The notes below the pieces were generated by a model. The model did no database searches. It was not told the DNA's origin and saw only the letters and a list, made by a program, of their open reading frames with translations. The translations under genes were made by a program, and so were the position numbers. This document shows, piece by piece, positions 9,605 to 18,348 of a stretch of 64,000 nucleotides of DNA; the stretch's first letter is position 1; the number at the start of each line of letters is the position of its first letter. The stretch is from positions 268 to 64,267 of the forward strand of contig CBFDSV010000010.1 of assembly GCA_965612735.1 (NCBI GenBank). The letters run 5' to 3'. This DNA comes from an uncultured bacterium (GTDB lineage: Bacteria > Hydrothermota > UBA3072 > B12-G15).

Positions 9605-12274
9605 CTATCTCATGATTATTATTTTCTTTGATATTATCTTATCACTGGTCTTCAACACAATGAAGAATACACCTGTATGTTTTACATGCCATACAACCCT
9701 GTGTCTCCCTGATTTTGCACGACCATTGAAAAGTGTTTTTACCAGTCTACCAGAGACATCATAAACACTCAAACAAACTCCATCTCTCTCAACCCCAGAA
9801 AACTCAACTATTGCCCTCTCAAAAACAGGATTGGTAAGGACTCTCAAAGTTGGCTCCCCCCGTGTTTTACCTATGATTATACCTGTTCCACTCCCCCCAC
9901 TCAGGCTGACATAAATCCAGGCTTCATCAGGGTCGTTTGAGAAAACATCAAGTGTATCATACACCGCCACTGTATCATCAGGCAAGAACCTTATTAAAAC
10001 ATCTATACTGGCACCAGGGGTTATATTCCTTGGGAAGGTAGGGGAAACCACCTTGAAGACAGGTTTATGTAGCACAAGGCTGTCCACAGTGAGCGTATCA
10101 TCTCCTTGATTATAAATTAACAAAGTCCAATCTGCACTATCACCAGGAGAAACAGGGCCGAAGTTGTGGGAATATTCTGAAAGTTCAATATCAGGTGCAG
10201 GACCAGGAAGTGTAAAGTTTTCAGAAAGTTCAGAGGTGTTATCAGTATCATACTCTTCAGCAAGGGCAGTGATTACATTTCCAGGGGACAGATTAACATT
10301 CATTTCAAAGTAACCTGTATCATTCGCAACGGTTGAGCCAAGCAATTGATAGGCATCCCCATGTCCTGTTGAGTTTACGTAAAAGTACACCCAGTACAGT
10401 GAGACCGTGGAATAGGGAGCTGATGTTCCATACACAGTGAATTGTTCTGAAGAAACCTGTGTGGCTCCCAATATCACAGGATAGTTGAAAAGGTCGTTGG
10501 GGCCTGTATCCACATCCCCTGAGTCATTCAGGGTGACACCATCATTGCCCAGGTCAATGGCAATCCCTCTGTTGTTGTATATTCGGTTTGCACTGAGTTG
10601 ATTGTACACTGAACCGTCCCCTATCACGGTTATCCCATTGCTATCACAGAGACCTATAAGATTATCAAAAATCACGTTATTGGTAGAGTTATTATCTATC
10701 CTTATCCCGTCTTTACCGCATTTAAGAATGAGGTTGTTTTCAATTGTGTTAAAATTTGAATTGTTCAGATATATGCCATTTTCACCTTCAATCCCTGCAC
10801 CTGGATTTCCTGTTGTATCAGACCCGAAGTAATTGTTCTCAATCAGGTTGTGTGAACCTCCATATATCTGTAGGGGGTCAACAAAGTAGTTTAATGGCAT
10901 GGTATCATTCCCTATCACATTGTAGTTTGCAGAATCAATTCTCAGACCAAAGAATCTGTTCTTGTAGGGTGTTGACCCATCTGCACCAAGACCGAACCTG
11001 TTGCCGTAAAACTCATTACTATCTGGATTCTCTCCATAATATTGAAGAAGATACACACCTCCATAACTGTTCCCGCAAAAGTAGTTATACTCTATAATAC
11101 TGTTCTTGAGCCATCCATGTATTCCCCTGTAGGAATTCTTCAATATGGAATCACCATAAATATTCAACCCCACAAGGTTATTGTAAATATGTATTCCATT
11201 ACCATACAAAAGCATTCCATATCCACGATTTCCAGAAATTACATTAAAGGCTATAAATGCTGAGTCTGGATAACCAGCCCATGGGTCACCATCCAGCATA
11301 ATTCCACCTCTGTTGGGCAACGATACAGTTCCGCTTGTATCCACACCAATGAAATTAGAATCAACAACAAGGTTCTTTATTCTGTTGGCATATATTCCAA
11401 ACTTATCACTCTGATATGGGGATGTATTGTTCCCATTCCCACTGATAATGTTGCTTGAAACAACAGCATATGAACCACTTCCGGAAAGCATGGAAAAAGA
11501 GATTCCATTGTAGTAATTGCCAAGTGTATCTGTTCCATCTGGTGTGGTACCAATGAAATTATACCTGATATAAACACTATCTCCTGAGCATGTAATCCCA
11601 TATTCTTTATTCCCTGATATTACATTAGACTCTATGTAAGTTTCTGTTGCATTATACGTAACTGTTATTCCACTTCTTGTGTTTCCAAGCCCACGAGTTC
11701 CAAGAGTATCAGTCCCTATATAATTTCCACCAATGTAGGTATTATTCCCACTGGCAATATATACACCATCAGAAAATGACCTGATAATAACATTATCAAC
11801 AATGGTGAAACTGTCTCCATCAACATGGACACCACCACCGTAAAAACCCATGGATGAGTCAATAATATTATCTCTGACAGTTCCACCTGAACCATAACAA
11901 TAGAACTGGGCATGCTTCAGTGTTATATGATGAACCTCTGCACCACCTGCAACCCTGACTTCAATACTATCTATTATTACACTGTAAGGACCTCCGGGAG
12001 CACTGCTTCCATCAAGTTCGTCATAATAGCCAATGTTAATATAACTGTTGCCTCCGGTTGTGTATGCGAATCTACCACTGATCTGAAAAATGATCAGGTC
12101 GTATCCAGGGTTTGCTGCAGCAGAATCAGTTGCATAGAAAAGGGTTCCAGGAATGGTATCAGCACCAGGACCAGTATACAGATTGTCAACGACAAAGGTA
12201 GCAGAAAAAAGGATAATGGGCAGTATAGAAAAGACAACTACCCTTTTGATAAAATGTGTTTCAAAGAAGAACAT
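9605..12274 (-). CDS. Secreted parallel beta-helix repeat protein with T9SS C-terminal sorting domain
   Basis: 889 aa, signal peptide, many NxxIxxN / GIxxxxSxNNxI right-handed beta-helix repeats. The C-terminus (VYDVSGRLVKTLFNG...GVFFIVLKT...K) fits the Por secretion tail. Confidence 0.6.
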   Translation of the reverse strand: MFFFETHFIKRVVVFSILPIILFSATFVVDNLYTGPGADTIPGTLFYATDSAAANPGYDLIIFQISGRFAYTTGGNSYINIGYYDELDGSSAPGGPYSVIIDSIEVRVAGGAEVHHITLKHAQFYCYGSGGTVRDNIIDSSMGFYGGGVHVDGDSFTIVDNVIIRSFSDGVYIASGNNTYIGGNYIGTDTLGTRGLGNTRSGITVTYNATETYIESNVISGNKEYGITCSGDSVYIRYNFIGTTPDGTDTLGNYYNGISFSMLSGSGSYAVVSSNIISGNGNNTSPYQSDKFGIYANRIKNLVVDSNFIGVDTSGTVSLPNRGGIMLDGDPWAGYPDSAFIAFNVISGNRGYGMLLYGNGIHIYNNLVGLNIYGDSILKNSYRGIHGWLKNSIIEYNYFCGNSYGGVYLLQYYGENPDSNEFYGNRFGLGADGSTPYKNRFFGLRIDSANYNVIGNDTMPLNYFVDPLQIYGGSHNLIENNYFGSDTTGNPGAGIEGENGIYLNNSNFNTIENNLILKCGKDGIRIDNNSTNNVIFDNLIGLCDSNGITVIGDGSVYNQLSANRIYNNRGIAIDLGNDGVTLNDSGDVDTGPNDLFNYPVILGATQVSSEQFTVYGTSAPYSTVSLYWVYFYVNSTGHGDAYQLLGSTVANDTGYFEMNVNLSPGNVITALAEEYDTDNTSELSENFTLPGPAPDIELSEYSHNFGPVSPGDSADWTLLIYNQGDDTLTVDSLVLHKPVFKVVSPTFPRNITPGASIDVLIRFLPDDTVAVYDTLDVFSNDPDEAWIYVSLSGGSGTGIIIGKTRGEPTLRVLTNPVFERAIVEFSGVERDGVCLSVYDVSGRLVKTLFNGRAKSGRHRVVWHVKHTGVFFIVLKTSDKIISKKIIIMR

Positions 12275-12441
12275 AACAACCTCCTTTCACGGAAATGGTT
12301 TTGTTCTTCAAAAATAGTATGGAGGACCAGTTGATTTATTATAAAACATCAAATAGATATAGTCAAGGATTTTGTATGTTTCTAAAAGTGTTGGTTTCTA
12401 TCTACCCTTAATTATTTATGTAAACCCGTGTGGCACTCAGT

Positions 12442-13152
12442 CTACAAAATTTCCTGTAAAACATATCTTCTATAGAGTGTTCCATCAAACAGTTTAAGCA
12501 CAAACTCCCTTGTATGCTCCACAGCCTCCATCTTCGCCCTTAAAAACCTCTCCTTCCCGCCTTTTGTCCAGGACGGATTATCCTTTGTCTCTCCAAACCC
12601 AAAAGCACCATGGGGATAATGGTCAATGAAAAAATGTAAACCAACATACACAATCCTGATATAGTCAGGGGGAGCAACTTCAGGGTGGAAAAGGGTATAC
12701 GATACTTTCTCTCTCTGGTCTTTGTTGAGGTCAATGTAATTGGAATGACTGAAAAAGTCCTGCAGGGTATGGAGTGCCCTGCCAAAATTCAACATGGCCT
12801 TCTTATTCCTGGATATCCTATCAACAGATTCAGGATAAGCACCAAGGCTGGAAACAATGTTCCTCACACAGTAAACAAGGAATCTTCTGCCCCCTTCAAA
12901 GGCCTTCAGGTGAAGTTCTGGATTACCATTTCTCACCACCCATGACCTTTCAAAATGTGAAGGGGAAGGTGCACCAAGATACAGGGGACCTACATGGAAT
13001 CTTATATCCTGGAATCGCCCAACCCTTGCAAGAAAATCTATTGTAGACCTGTCAAACCCAAGGGGAATCAGGGCTTCCCTTGTTATCTCCCTGTGAATAT
13101 CACCTTTCCCAGGTGGAAAACCCCATGCGTCGAAGATATCCTCCTTTTTCAA
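12442..13152 (-). CDS. Hypothetical protein, possible Het-C / zinc-dependent phospholipase C-like fold
   Basis: Motifs GDIHREITREAL and ALHTLQDFFSHSNY recall His-rich metal sites of the Het-C/PLC/P1-nuclease superfamily. Assignment is from memory of the motifs only. Confidence 0.3.
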   Translation of the reverse strand: MKKEDIFDAWGFPPGKGDIHREITREALIPLGFDRSTIDFLARVGRFQDIRFHVGPLYLGAPSPSHFERSWVVRNGNPELHLKAFEGGRRFLVYCVRNIVSSLGAYPESVDRISRNKKAMLNFGRALHTLQDFFSHSNYIDLNKDQREKVSYTLFHPEVAPPDYIRIVYVGLHFFIDHYPHGAFGFGETKDNPSWTKGGKERFLRAKMEAVEHTREFVLKLFDGTLYRRYVLQEIL

Positions 13153-13176
13153 TTACTGTTAAAAACAGTGTATAAA

Positions 13177-14487
13177 CTATACTTCCTCTACCTTTTCCTC
13201 TGACCTTATTCCAAGTTCCGCAAGTTCTTTCAAAACAGGCTCGTATATGTCAGGATGTGTAGGTATATGGACACCCGTTTCTTTTATCTCTCCCTCAAGT
13301 ATCAGTTTAACAGCACATGCAGCAGGAAGACTCACTGTCCTTGCAATAGATGTATCCTTCCCTATTTCACCAAAATCAATCAGGGTTGATGTGTATTTAA
13401 CTTTCCTATTCCCATAATCAGCAATCACCTCATCCTTTAATATAACCATATCCCGTTCACCCTCACGATAGGAGAGTTTCTCCAGTAGAAGGTCAACAAA
13501 CACATCAATGGCACCACCTTTTGTCGTTTTTATAGGTTCATTAGAGAAGATACCCAGCCATTCAAGTTTTTTAATGGGTTCACTATCAACTGAAACACCT
13601 GTCTTTTCGGCAAGTGCCTCCTCTGGCTCCTTTTCTGTACCAAGAATCTTATTCATAAACTCCCTGTATGTGATACTACCCCATTCTTTCTCCTCTACAT
13701 CAAGGAGACCTGAGTTTGAAATAACATACCAGAGTTCACACCATCCTGGATAACGGAGGGTTCCCCTGAACATTGTTTCAGCATCCTTAATTCCATAGAG
13801 TTCTATATATGGCATTGAGTCCCTGTTTGGATACACTTCCAGCATCCCAATCCCCTCAACCTCTGTTGTAAACACATCCTTGAATAAATCCTTGCTCTCA
13901 ACCTCAACAACCTTTCCCTCTTTCAGGTATCTTGCGCTGTTCCTTGCTGCAAGGGCAACACCACGAGGACTCCATGAAAACTTGTATCTGAAGGGATTAT
14001 CACTTGCCTCAGGAGCAGGAAGTGCACCACAAAGGGAGCGGAAAGAAACCACCTTTCCACCTTCCTTCTCAACCCTATGGATGGTTTCCATTGCTGACAT
14101 ATGGTCAATTCCGGGGTCAAGCCCTATCTCATTCAGTAATATTACCCCTGCATCTTTAGCCCTCTGGTCAAGTGCCTTCATCTTATCACTCACATAGGAG
14201 GTTGTTACCATTGGTTTTCTGTATTCAAGGCACACATTGGCCACATCCACATGGTATGTATAGGGAAGAAGACTGACAACAATATCTGAATCCTTCACCA
14301 TATTCTTCAGTTCCTCCTTCTCCTCAACTACCCATCTCTTTGCCTCACCATTGGGATGGTCACCAACAAGTTTCTCAGCCTTACTCAGTGTCCTTGAAGC
14401 AACAAGAACCTTAAATCCTTTATTCAGCAGGTAATCCACCATAGGTTTTGACACAAGTCCAGCACCAAGCACAAGAACCTTTTTCAT
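13177..14487 (-). CDS. Saccharopine dehydrogenase (NADP+, L-glutamate-forming; Lys9/SDH-like)
   Basis: 436 aa. N-terminal Rossmann motif KKVLVLGAGLVSKPMVDYLL and overall length are typical of the saccharopine dehydrogenase / carboxynorspermidine dehydrogenase family. Confidence 0.6.
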   Translation of the reverse strand: MKKVLVLGAGLVSKPMVDYLLNKGFKVLVASRTLSKAEKLVGDHPNGEAKRWVVEEKEELKNMVKDSDIVVSLLPYTYHVDVANVCLEYRKPMVTTSYVSDKMKALDQRAKDAGVILLNEIGLDPGIDHMSAMETIHRVEKEGGKVVSFRSLCGALPAPEASDNPFRYKFSWSPRGVALAARNSARYLKEGKVVEVESKDLFKDVFTTEVEGIGMLEVYPNRDSMPYIELYGIKDAETMFRGTLRYPGWCELWYVISNSGLLDVEEKEWGSITYREFMNKILGTEKEPEEALAEKTGVSVDSEPIKKLEWLGIFSNEPIKTTKGGAIDVFVDLLLEKLSYREGERDMVILKDEVIADYGNRKVKYTSTLIDFGEIGKDTSIARTVSLPAACAVKLILEGEIKETGVHIPTHPDIYEPVLKELAELGIRSEEKVEEV

Positions 14488-14500
14488 TATTCCTCCTTTT

Positions 14501-15802
14501 TTACAGGTGTTCTTTCAGGTATCTATAATCAGGGGTCAACTCTCCCCTGTAAACAATAACAGCCCTTTTAAGATAGGGTGGAAGGGTACATCTTTCAAAG
14601 TCCTCTGGATATTTTCCATTCACAATCTCCGGTACAAATTTCTTCAATATGTGGCTGAAGTATATGGAGGCATCCATTGGAACTTCGCTTGGAAGTATAT
14701 CAACTGCAAGTATAACCGGTCCTTCACCATTTATCCCCATCACAATCCTATCCTGCTTTGGTTCATATACATAAACAGGTTCACCTGGCTCTGTTGCCAT
14801 TTCAGTACACTCAATTGCTCCGTTAATATCACAACTGATGTCGCCTATTACTTTGAGTTTGGATTCTCCAGGCACATAGTTTTCCATGAGGTAATCCTTT
14901 GTTACCAGTCTCGGATACCTCTCATCCCAGTAAATTGCATTCACAAGGAGTGTAAGGTACGGAAGATAATTCTCAAATATCCCCTGATATTTCTCTGGAT
15001 GGTTGTAATAATCCTGTAGTTCAAATACTCCTCCATCCTTTCTTACAACCATATCCTCTTCCTTGAACACCACCTTATAGATATGATGCCTCTCCCCTTT
15101 TAGATTTTTCAATTCTGAAGGGGCCACTTCCTGTACAGGGAAGAAATGAAGAACCTCCTGCGCCCCCTGAGATACATTCCCATATCCAGCAATACCCACG
15201 ACCACAGGAGAAATCTCTTCAGGGAATCCAAACCTCTCTATCTCTTCTCCTATGTGCTGGCTTTGTTCCTCAAGTTCCTTAACACTTCTGTACTCATAGG
15301 CCCTTTTAACATGGGAGAGTGGGGTTTTTATTCCCTCAAGTTCAAATCGTTTACCCAGTGCCCATAGAGAATCTATCATGCCTGCAATTCCAGCAAACTT
15401 CCCGAATGCAATGAGCCTTTTACCATTATCATCAACTATCCTCTCATAGTCAATCAATGTGGTTTTTAGTTCAATCATTCTCTTCAACATGGGCATGTTG
15501 TATTCCTGTGCCTTTATCGTGTGGGAAAAGAAAATATAAGTCTTACCCTCTTCAAAGAAATCAACAGGCATCTCTTTTACACCGAAGATAAATGGAGCAT
15601 CAAGTTTTTCTGATACAACAGCACCCGCCTCTATGAAAGCCTCATCTGGGAAAATCCTTATGTCCGAAGGCTGAATCACGGTTTCAATCCCATATTTTTC
15701 TTTGAGTTCCCTTACATCTTCTGGTATGAGTGGAACCCTCTTCTCCCATACAGACTTTGTTTCCCTTCTTATCCCTATCCTTTTCATCTTCACCTCCTTC
15801 AT
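14501..15802 (-). CDS. Lysine-ketoglutarate reductase-like (AlaDH/PNT-family saccharopine dehydrogenase, L-lysine-forming)
   Basis: N-terminus GIRRETKSVWEKRVPLIPEDVRELKEK matches the conserved RRE..WERR.PLTP start of LKR/Lys1 domains. The Lys9-like gene lies 14 nt downstream on the same strand. Confidence 0.55.
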   Translation of the reverse strand: MKEVKMKRIGIRRETKSVWEKRVPLIPEDVRELKEKYGIETVIQPSDIRIFPDEAFIEAGAVVSEKLDAPFIFGVKEMPVDFFEEGKTYIFFSHTIKAQEYNMPMLKRMIELKTTLIDYERIVDDNGKRLIAFGKFAGIAGMIDSLWALGKRFELEGIKTPLSHVKRAYEYRSVKELEEQSQHIGEEIERFGFPEEISPVVVGIAGYGNVSQGAQEVLHFFPVQEVAPSELKNLKGERHHIYKVVFKEEDMVVRKDGGVFELQDYYNHPEKYQGIFENYLPYLTLLVNAIYWDERYPRLVTKDYLMENYVPGESKLKVIGDISCDINGAIECTEMATEPGEPVYVYEPKQDRIVMGINGEGPVILAVDILPSEVPMDASIYFSHILKKFVPEIVNGKYPEDFERCTLPPYLKRAVIVYRGELTPDYRYLKEHL

Positions 15803-15855
15803 GTATACCCGTATTTTCCCTGAAAAATAAATTGTGTCAACCCCCTACCTGGGTA

Positions 15856-15878
15856 CCGAGCGTTCACAAGTTCACAAC
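15856..15878. repeat. Left inverted repeat ccgagcgttcacaagttcacaac (contains tandem gttcacaa x2)
   Basis: Its reverse complement gttgtgaacttgtgaacgctcgg occurs exactly at 16873-16895. Confidence 0.75.
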
Positions 15879-15908
15879 TTGCAATTAACCAATTTTTCTG
15901 TTATACTC
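15879..15908 (+). promoter_or_regulatory. Candidate promoter (TTGCAA-18-TATACT) abutting the left IR, 6 nt before the Y1 gene ATG
   Basis: Sequence ttgcaattaaccaatttttctgttatact then ctatttATG. A near-leaderless arrangement is implied. Confidence 0.25.
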
Positions 15909-15913
15909 TATTT

Positions 15914-16879
15914 ATGGGTAAAGGCCCCCGTGTTGTTTATCCTGGTGCATATCTGCATGTAATGAATCATTCAACTCAATCGCTTCCTCTTTTTAAAACA
16001 AAGAGGGAATATCTTATATTCCTTGACTTACTGGAGAGAAAAACCAATACATACAGTATAGATTTATTTGCCTATTGCCTTATGGGGAATCACTATCATC
16101 TCTTTTTTCATACCCCTACAGGTGAAGTCTCGCTTTTTATTGGGTCTTTACAATCCGCCTTTTCTCAAAAAATAAACAGAATAAGAGGGAAAGCAGGCCC
16201 CCTTTTCCAGAAGGGTTTCACCTCAATTATTGTGGACAAAAATTCTTATTTACTTGAACTTACGCGGTATATCCACTTAAACCCTGTGAGGGCAGGACTT
16301 TCAAAAAATCCAGAGGAATATCCATGGAGCAGTATTCATGCCTACATCAATCCTTCAAAGTACAAATGGATTAATGTTGAGACAGTACTTGACTATTTTG
16401 ATGGAAGTGTTAAATCGTATCTTGAATTTCTTCATGAACCACTTGAAGTTGAAGAAAAAATCAAGCCTTTGGGCTTCAATGGTGCAAAATTTTATGGGAA
16501 TAAATCCTTTGCCAGAAGGGCTTTCGGAAAATATGAAAGAAGAAAAACTACACAGGAAGAGAGAAAATATCAGAAAATCATAAGAGGCAACATTCCCTAT
16601 TCAAAGGTTATTGATACTGTTTTAAGTGAATTTGATAAAAAGGAATTAAGCCAGATAAATAGCAGAAGTTTTGAATCTACCCTTATAAAAAAGTTATTGG
16701 CCTATTTCCTTTTTAACTACACCTTGCTTACTACAAAGGAGATAGCAGACCTTTTAGGTTACAGGTTCAAAACAGGTGTATCTATGGCTGTTAAGAGGGT
16801 TGATACTGAACTTAAGAATGCGGGAGAAATCGCTCAATTTGTAAATAAAATCAAGAGAAAATTAAAAAGTGAGTTGTGA
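15914..16879 (+). CDS. Y1 (IS200/IS605-like HUH) transposase-like protein fused to a C-terminal DnaA-domain-IV-like HTH
   Basis: HUH motif NHYHLFF and catalytic-Tyr region LTRYIHLNPVRAGL. C-terminal LLAYFLFNYTLLTTKEIADLLGYRFKTGVSMAVKRV resembles the DnaA C-terminal DNA-binding helix-turn-helix. 321 aa, about twice a canonical IS200 TnpA. Confidence 0.65.
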   Translation: MGKGPRVVYPGAYLHVMNHSTQSLPLFKTKREYLIFLDLLERKTNTYSIDLFAYCLMGNHYHLFFHTPTGEVSLFIGSLQSAFSQKINRIRGKAGPLFQKGFTSIIVDKNSYLLELTRYIHLNPVRAGLSKNPEEYPWSSIHAYINPSKYKWINVETVLDYFDGSVKSYLEFLHEPLEVEEKIKPLGFNGAKFYGNKSFARRAFGKYERRKTTQEERKYQKIIRGNIPYSKVIDTVLSEFDKKELSQINSRSFESTLIKKLLAYFLFNYTLLTTKEIADLLGYRFKTGVSMAVKRVDTELKNAGEIAQFVNKIKRKLKSEL

Positions 16880-18059
16880 ACTTGTGAACGCTCGGCACCT
16901 GCAAGTAGGTGTAGTGACACCTGCGTACTGGCCTGGATTCAAGTATGGTGGTCCTGTCCATTCTCTACATTTACTCCTTAAAGAATTGAAGAAGCAGGGG
17001 CTAAATATCCAGGTCTATACAACCACCCTATTTCAGAAGGATAACATGTATATGGAAAGAATAGTGGATGGAGTACCTGTAAAATATTTCCCCATCTCTC
17101 CATTATCCGGCTCCTATGGTTATTCGCCAGGGCTCAGAATCCACCTTAAAAATACCGTTCAGTTATTCAACCTTGTTATTATCTCTTCAACCTGGGAGTA
17201 CTCCACCTATACTGCTATGTCAGTATGTACAGGGAACAATGTACCATTTATCTTTATACCCAGAGGCATGCTTCAGAGAAGAACCTTTAGAAGCAAATTG
17301 TGGAAAAAGTATCCGTATTATAAAATTCTTATAGAAAAACCTTTGAATCAGGCACGGGCAATAGTATTTACAAGTGAGTTTGAAAGAGAAGATACATTAA
17401 AACATATTAAACTGAAATCCAAAACCCCTGTTATTCCAAATGGGTTAAACATTAATTCATTAATAAAAGAGGCATCTTCAAACATACACAAAAACTATGA
17501 TAAACTGGAGGATAAATTTCTTATCACATTTATAGGAAGGTTCGTCTGGACAAAAGGCCTGAATAACCTTATACTGGCTTTTGCAAAACTATCAAAGGAG
17601 TTCCCCCATGTTCATCTTGTCCTTGCTGGTGATGGTGAGGAGGGCTATAAGAGAAAAATGCAATGCTGGATAAAAAAGGAAAACATTGAAGACAGAGTAA
17701 CCTTTACAGGATTTTTAACAGGCTCTATGAAATTCTCCCTTTTAAAGGCTTCTGACATCTTTGTACTTCCTTCCTATTCTGAAAATTTTGGTATGGCTTT
17801 GGTTGAGGCAATGGCTGCGGGTGTGCCTGTTTTAACAACCAATAAGGTTGGCATTTATAAGGAGGTTGAAAGGGAAAGGGCTGGAATTGTTGTAACACCT
17901 GAACCTGAAAGTATCTATTATGGATTGAAAAAATTATTGAGTGAACCTGATTTGAGGAAAGCCTTCTCTCAAAGAGGCAGGTCTCTTGTTTTGAAATACT
18001 TTGATATAAAAATTGTTGCTACCAGATACATCAAACTCTTTGAAGAGATACTGTCTTAG
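16869..18059 (+). CDS. Glycosyltransferase family 4 (GT-B, group 1)
   Basis: N-terminal VGVVTPAYWPGFKYGGPV and C-terminal FGMALVEAMAAGVPVLTTNKVG motifs. The first ~15 codons are encoded by the right IR, so the true start is probably GTG 16884 or 16914. Confidence 0.75.
   Translation: MSCELVNARHLQVGVVTPAYWPGFKYGGPVHSLHLLLKELKKQGLNIQVYTTTLFQKDNMYMERIVDGVPVKYFPISPLSGSYGYSPGLRIHLKNTVQLFNLVIISSTWEYSTYTAMSVCTGNNVPFIFIPRGMLQRRTFRSKLWKKYPYYKILIEKPLNQARAIVFTSEFEREDTLKHIKLKSKTPVIPNGLNINSLIKEASSNIHKNYDKLEDKFLITFIGRFVWTKGLNNLILAFAKLSKEFPHVHLVLAGDGEEGYKRKMQCWIKKENIEDRVTFTGFLTGSMKFSLLKASDIFVLPSYSENFGMALVEAMAAGVPVLTTNKVGIYKEVERERAGIVVTPEPESIYYGLKKLLSEPDLRKAFSQRGRSLVLKYFDIKIVATRYIKLFEEILS
16873..16895. repeat. 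Right inverted repeat gttgtgaacttgtgaacgctcgg
   Basis: Exact reverse complement of 15856-15878. Overlaps the stop of the Y1 gene and the annotated 5' end of the glycosyltransferase ORF. Confidence 0.75.
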
Positions 18060-18100
18060 AAATTCTCTGTAACCATTCCCCATTTTCCTGGTCTATATAA

Positions 18101-18346
18101 GTGATGGGTTGCAGAGAGATGGTTGAACTTTTAGGAGAATACATGGAGAGGGAACTGGCAGAGGAGGTCTGCCAGTGCATAGAGAAACATCTGAATGAGT
18201 GTGACAGGTGTAAAAATCTCTATGAAACATATAGAGAGGTTATTGAACTCTGTCAGGAACTTCTTGGCAACAAGTGTGTTTTTTATGCCAAAAAGAAGGA
18301 ACTTCTGGAGTTTTTAAGAAACAAACTGAACTACAAGGAGGTTTAG
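18101..18346 (+). CDS. Small zf-HC2 (ZAS-family anti-sigma-like) zinc-finger protein
   Basis: 81 aa with CQC...H-x3-C-x2-C (EKHLNECDRC), the zinc-binding anti-sigma signature also used by the redox sensor RsrA. No sigma factor gene is adjacent. Confidence 0.5.
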   Translation: MMGCREMVELLGEYMERELAEEVCQCIEKHLNECDRCKNLYETYREVIELCQELLGNKCVFYAKKKELLEFLRNKLNYKEV

Positions 18347-18348
18347 TA

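Larger units (their letters stand above)
15851..16900 (+). mobile_element. Inverted-repeat-bounded Y1 transposase (IS200-like/RAYT-like) unit
   Basis: Perfect 23-bp inverted repeats at 15856-15878 and 16873-16895, extendable to ~28 bp with one mismatch. They flank a single gene encoding a Y1 HUH transposase-like protein. Confidence 0.45.

Noticed and set aside
15861-15878. Tandem gttcacaa-gttcacaa, considered as a CRISPR or direct-repeat array
   Set aside because: Only two units, and they are part of the 23-bp inverted repeat. There are no spacers and no cas genes.
18274-18348. Upstream extension of the PDO ORF overlapping the zinc-finger gene
   Set aside because: An AAGGAGG RBS and ATG at 18349 give a conventional start. 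The extension would overlap the upstream gene by 73 nt.
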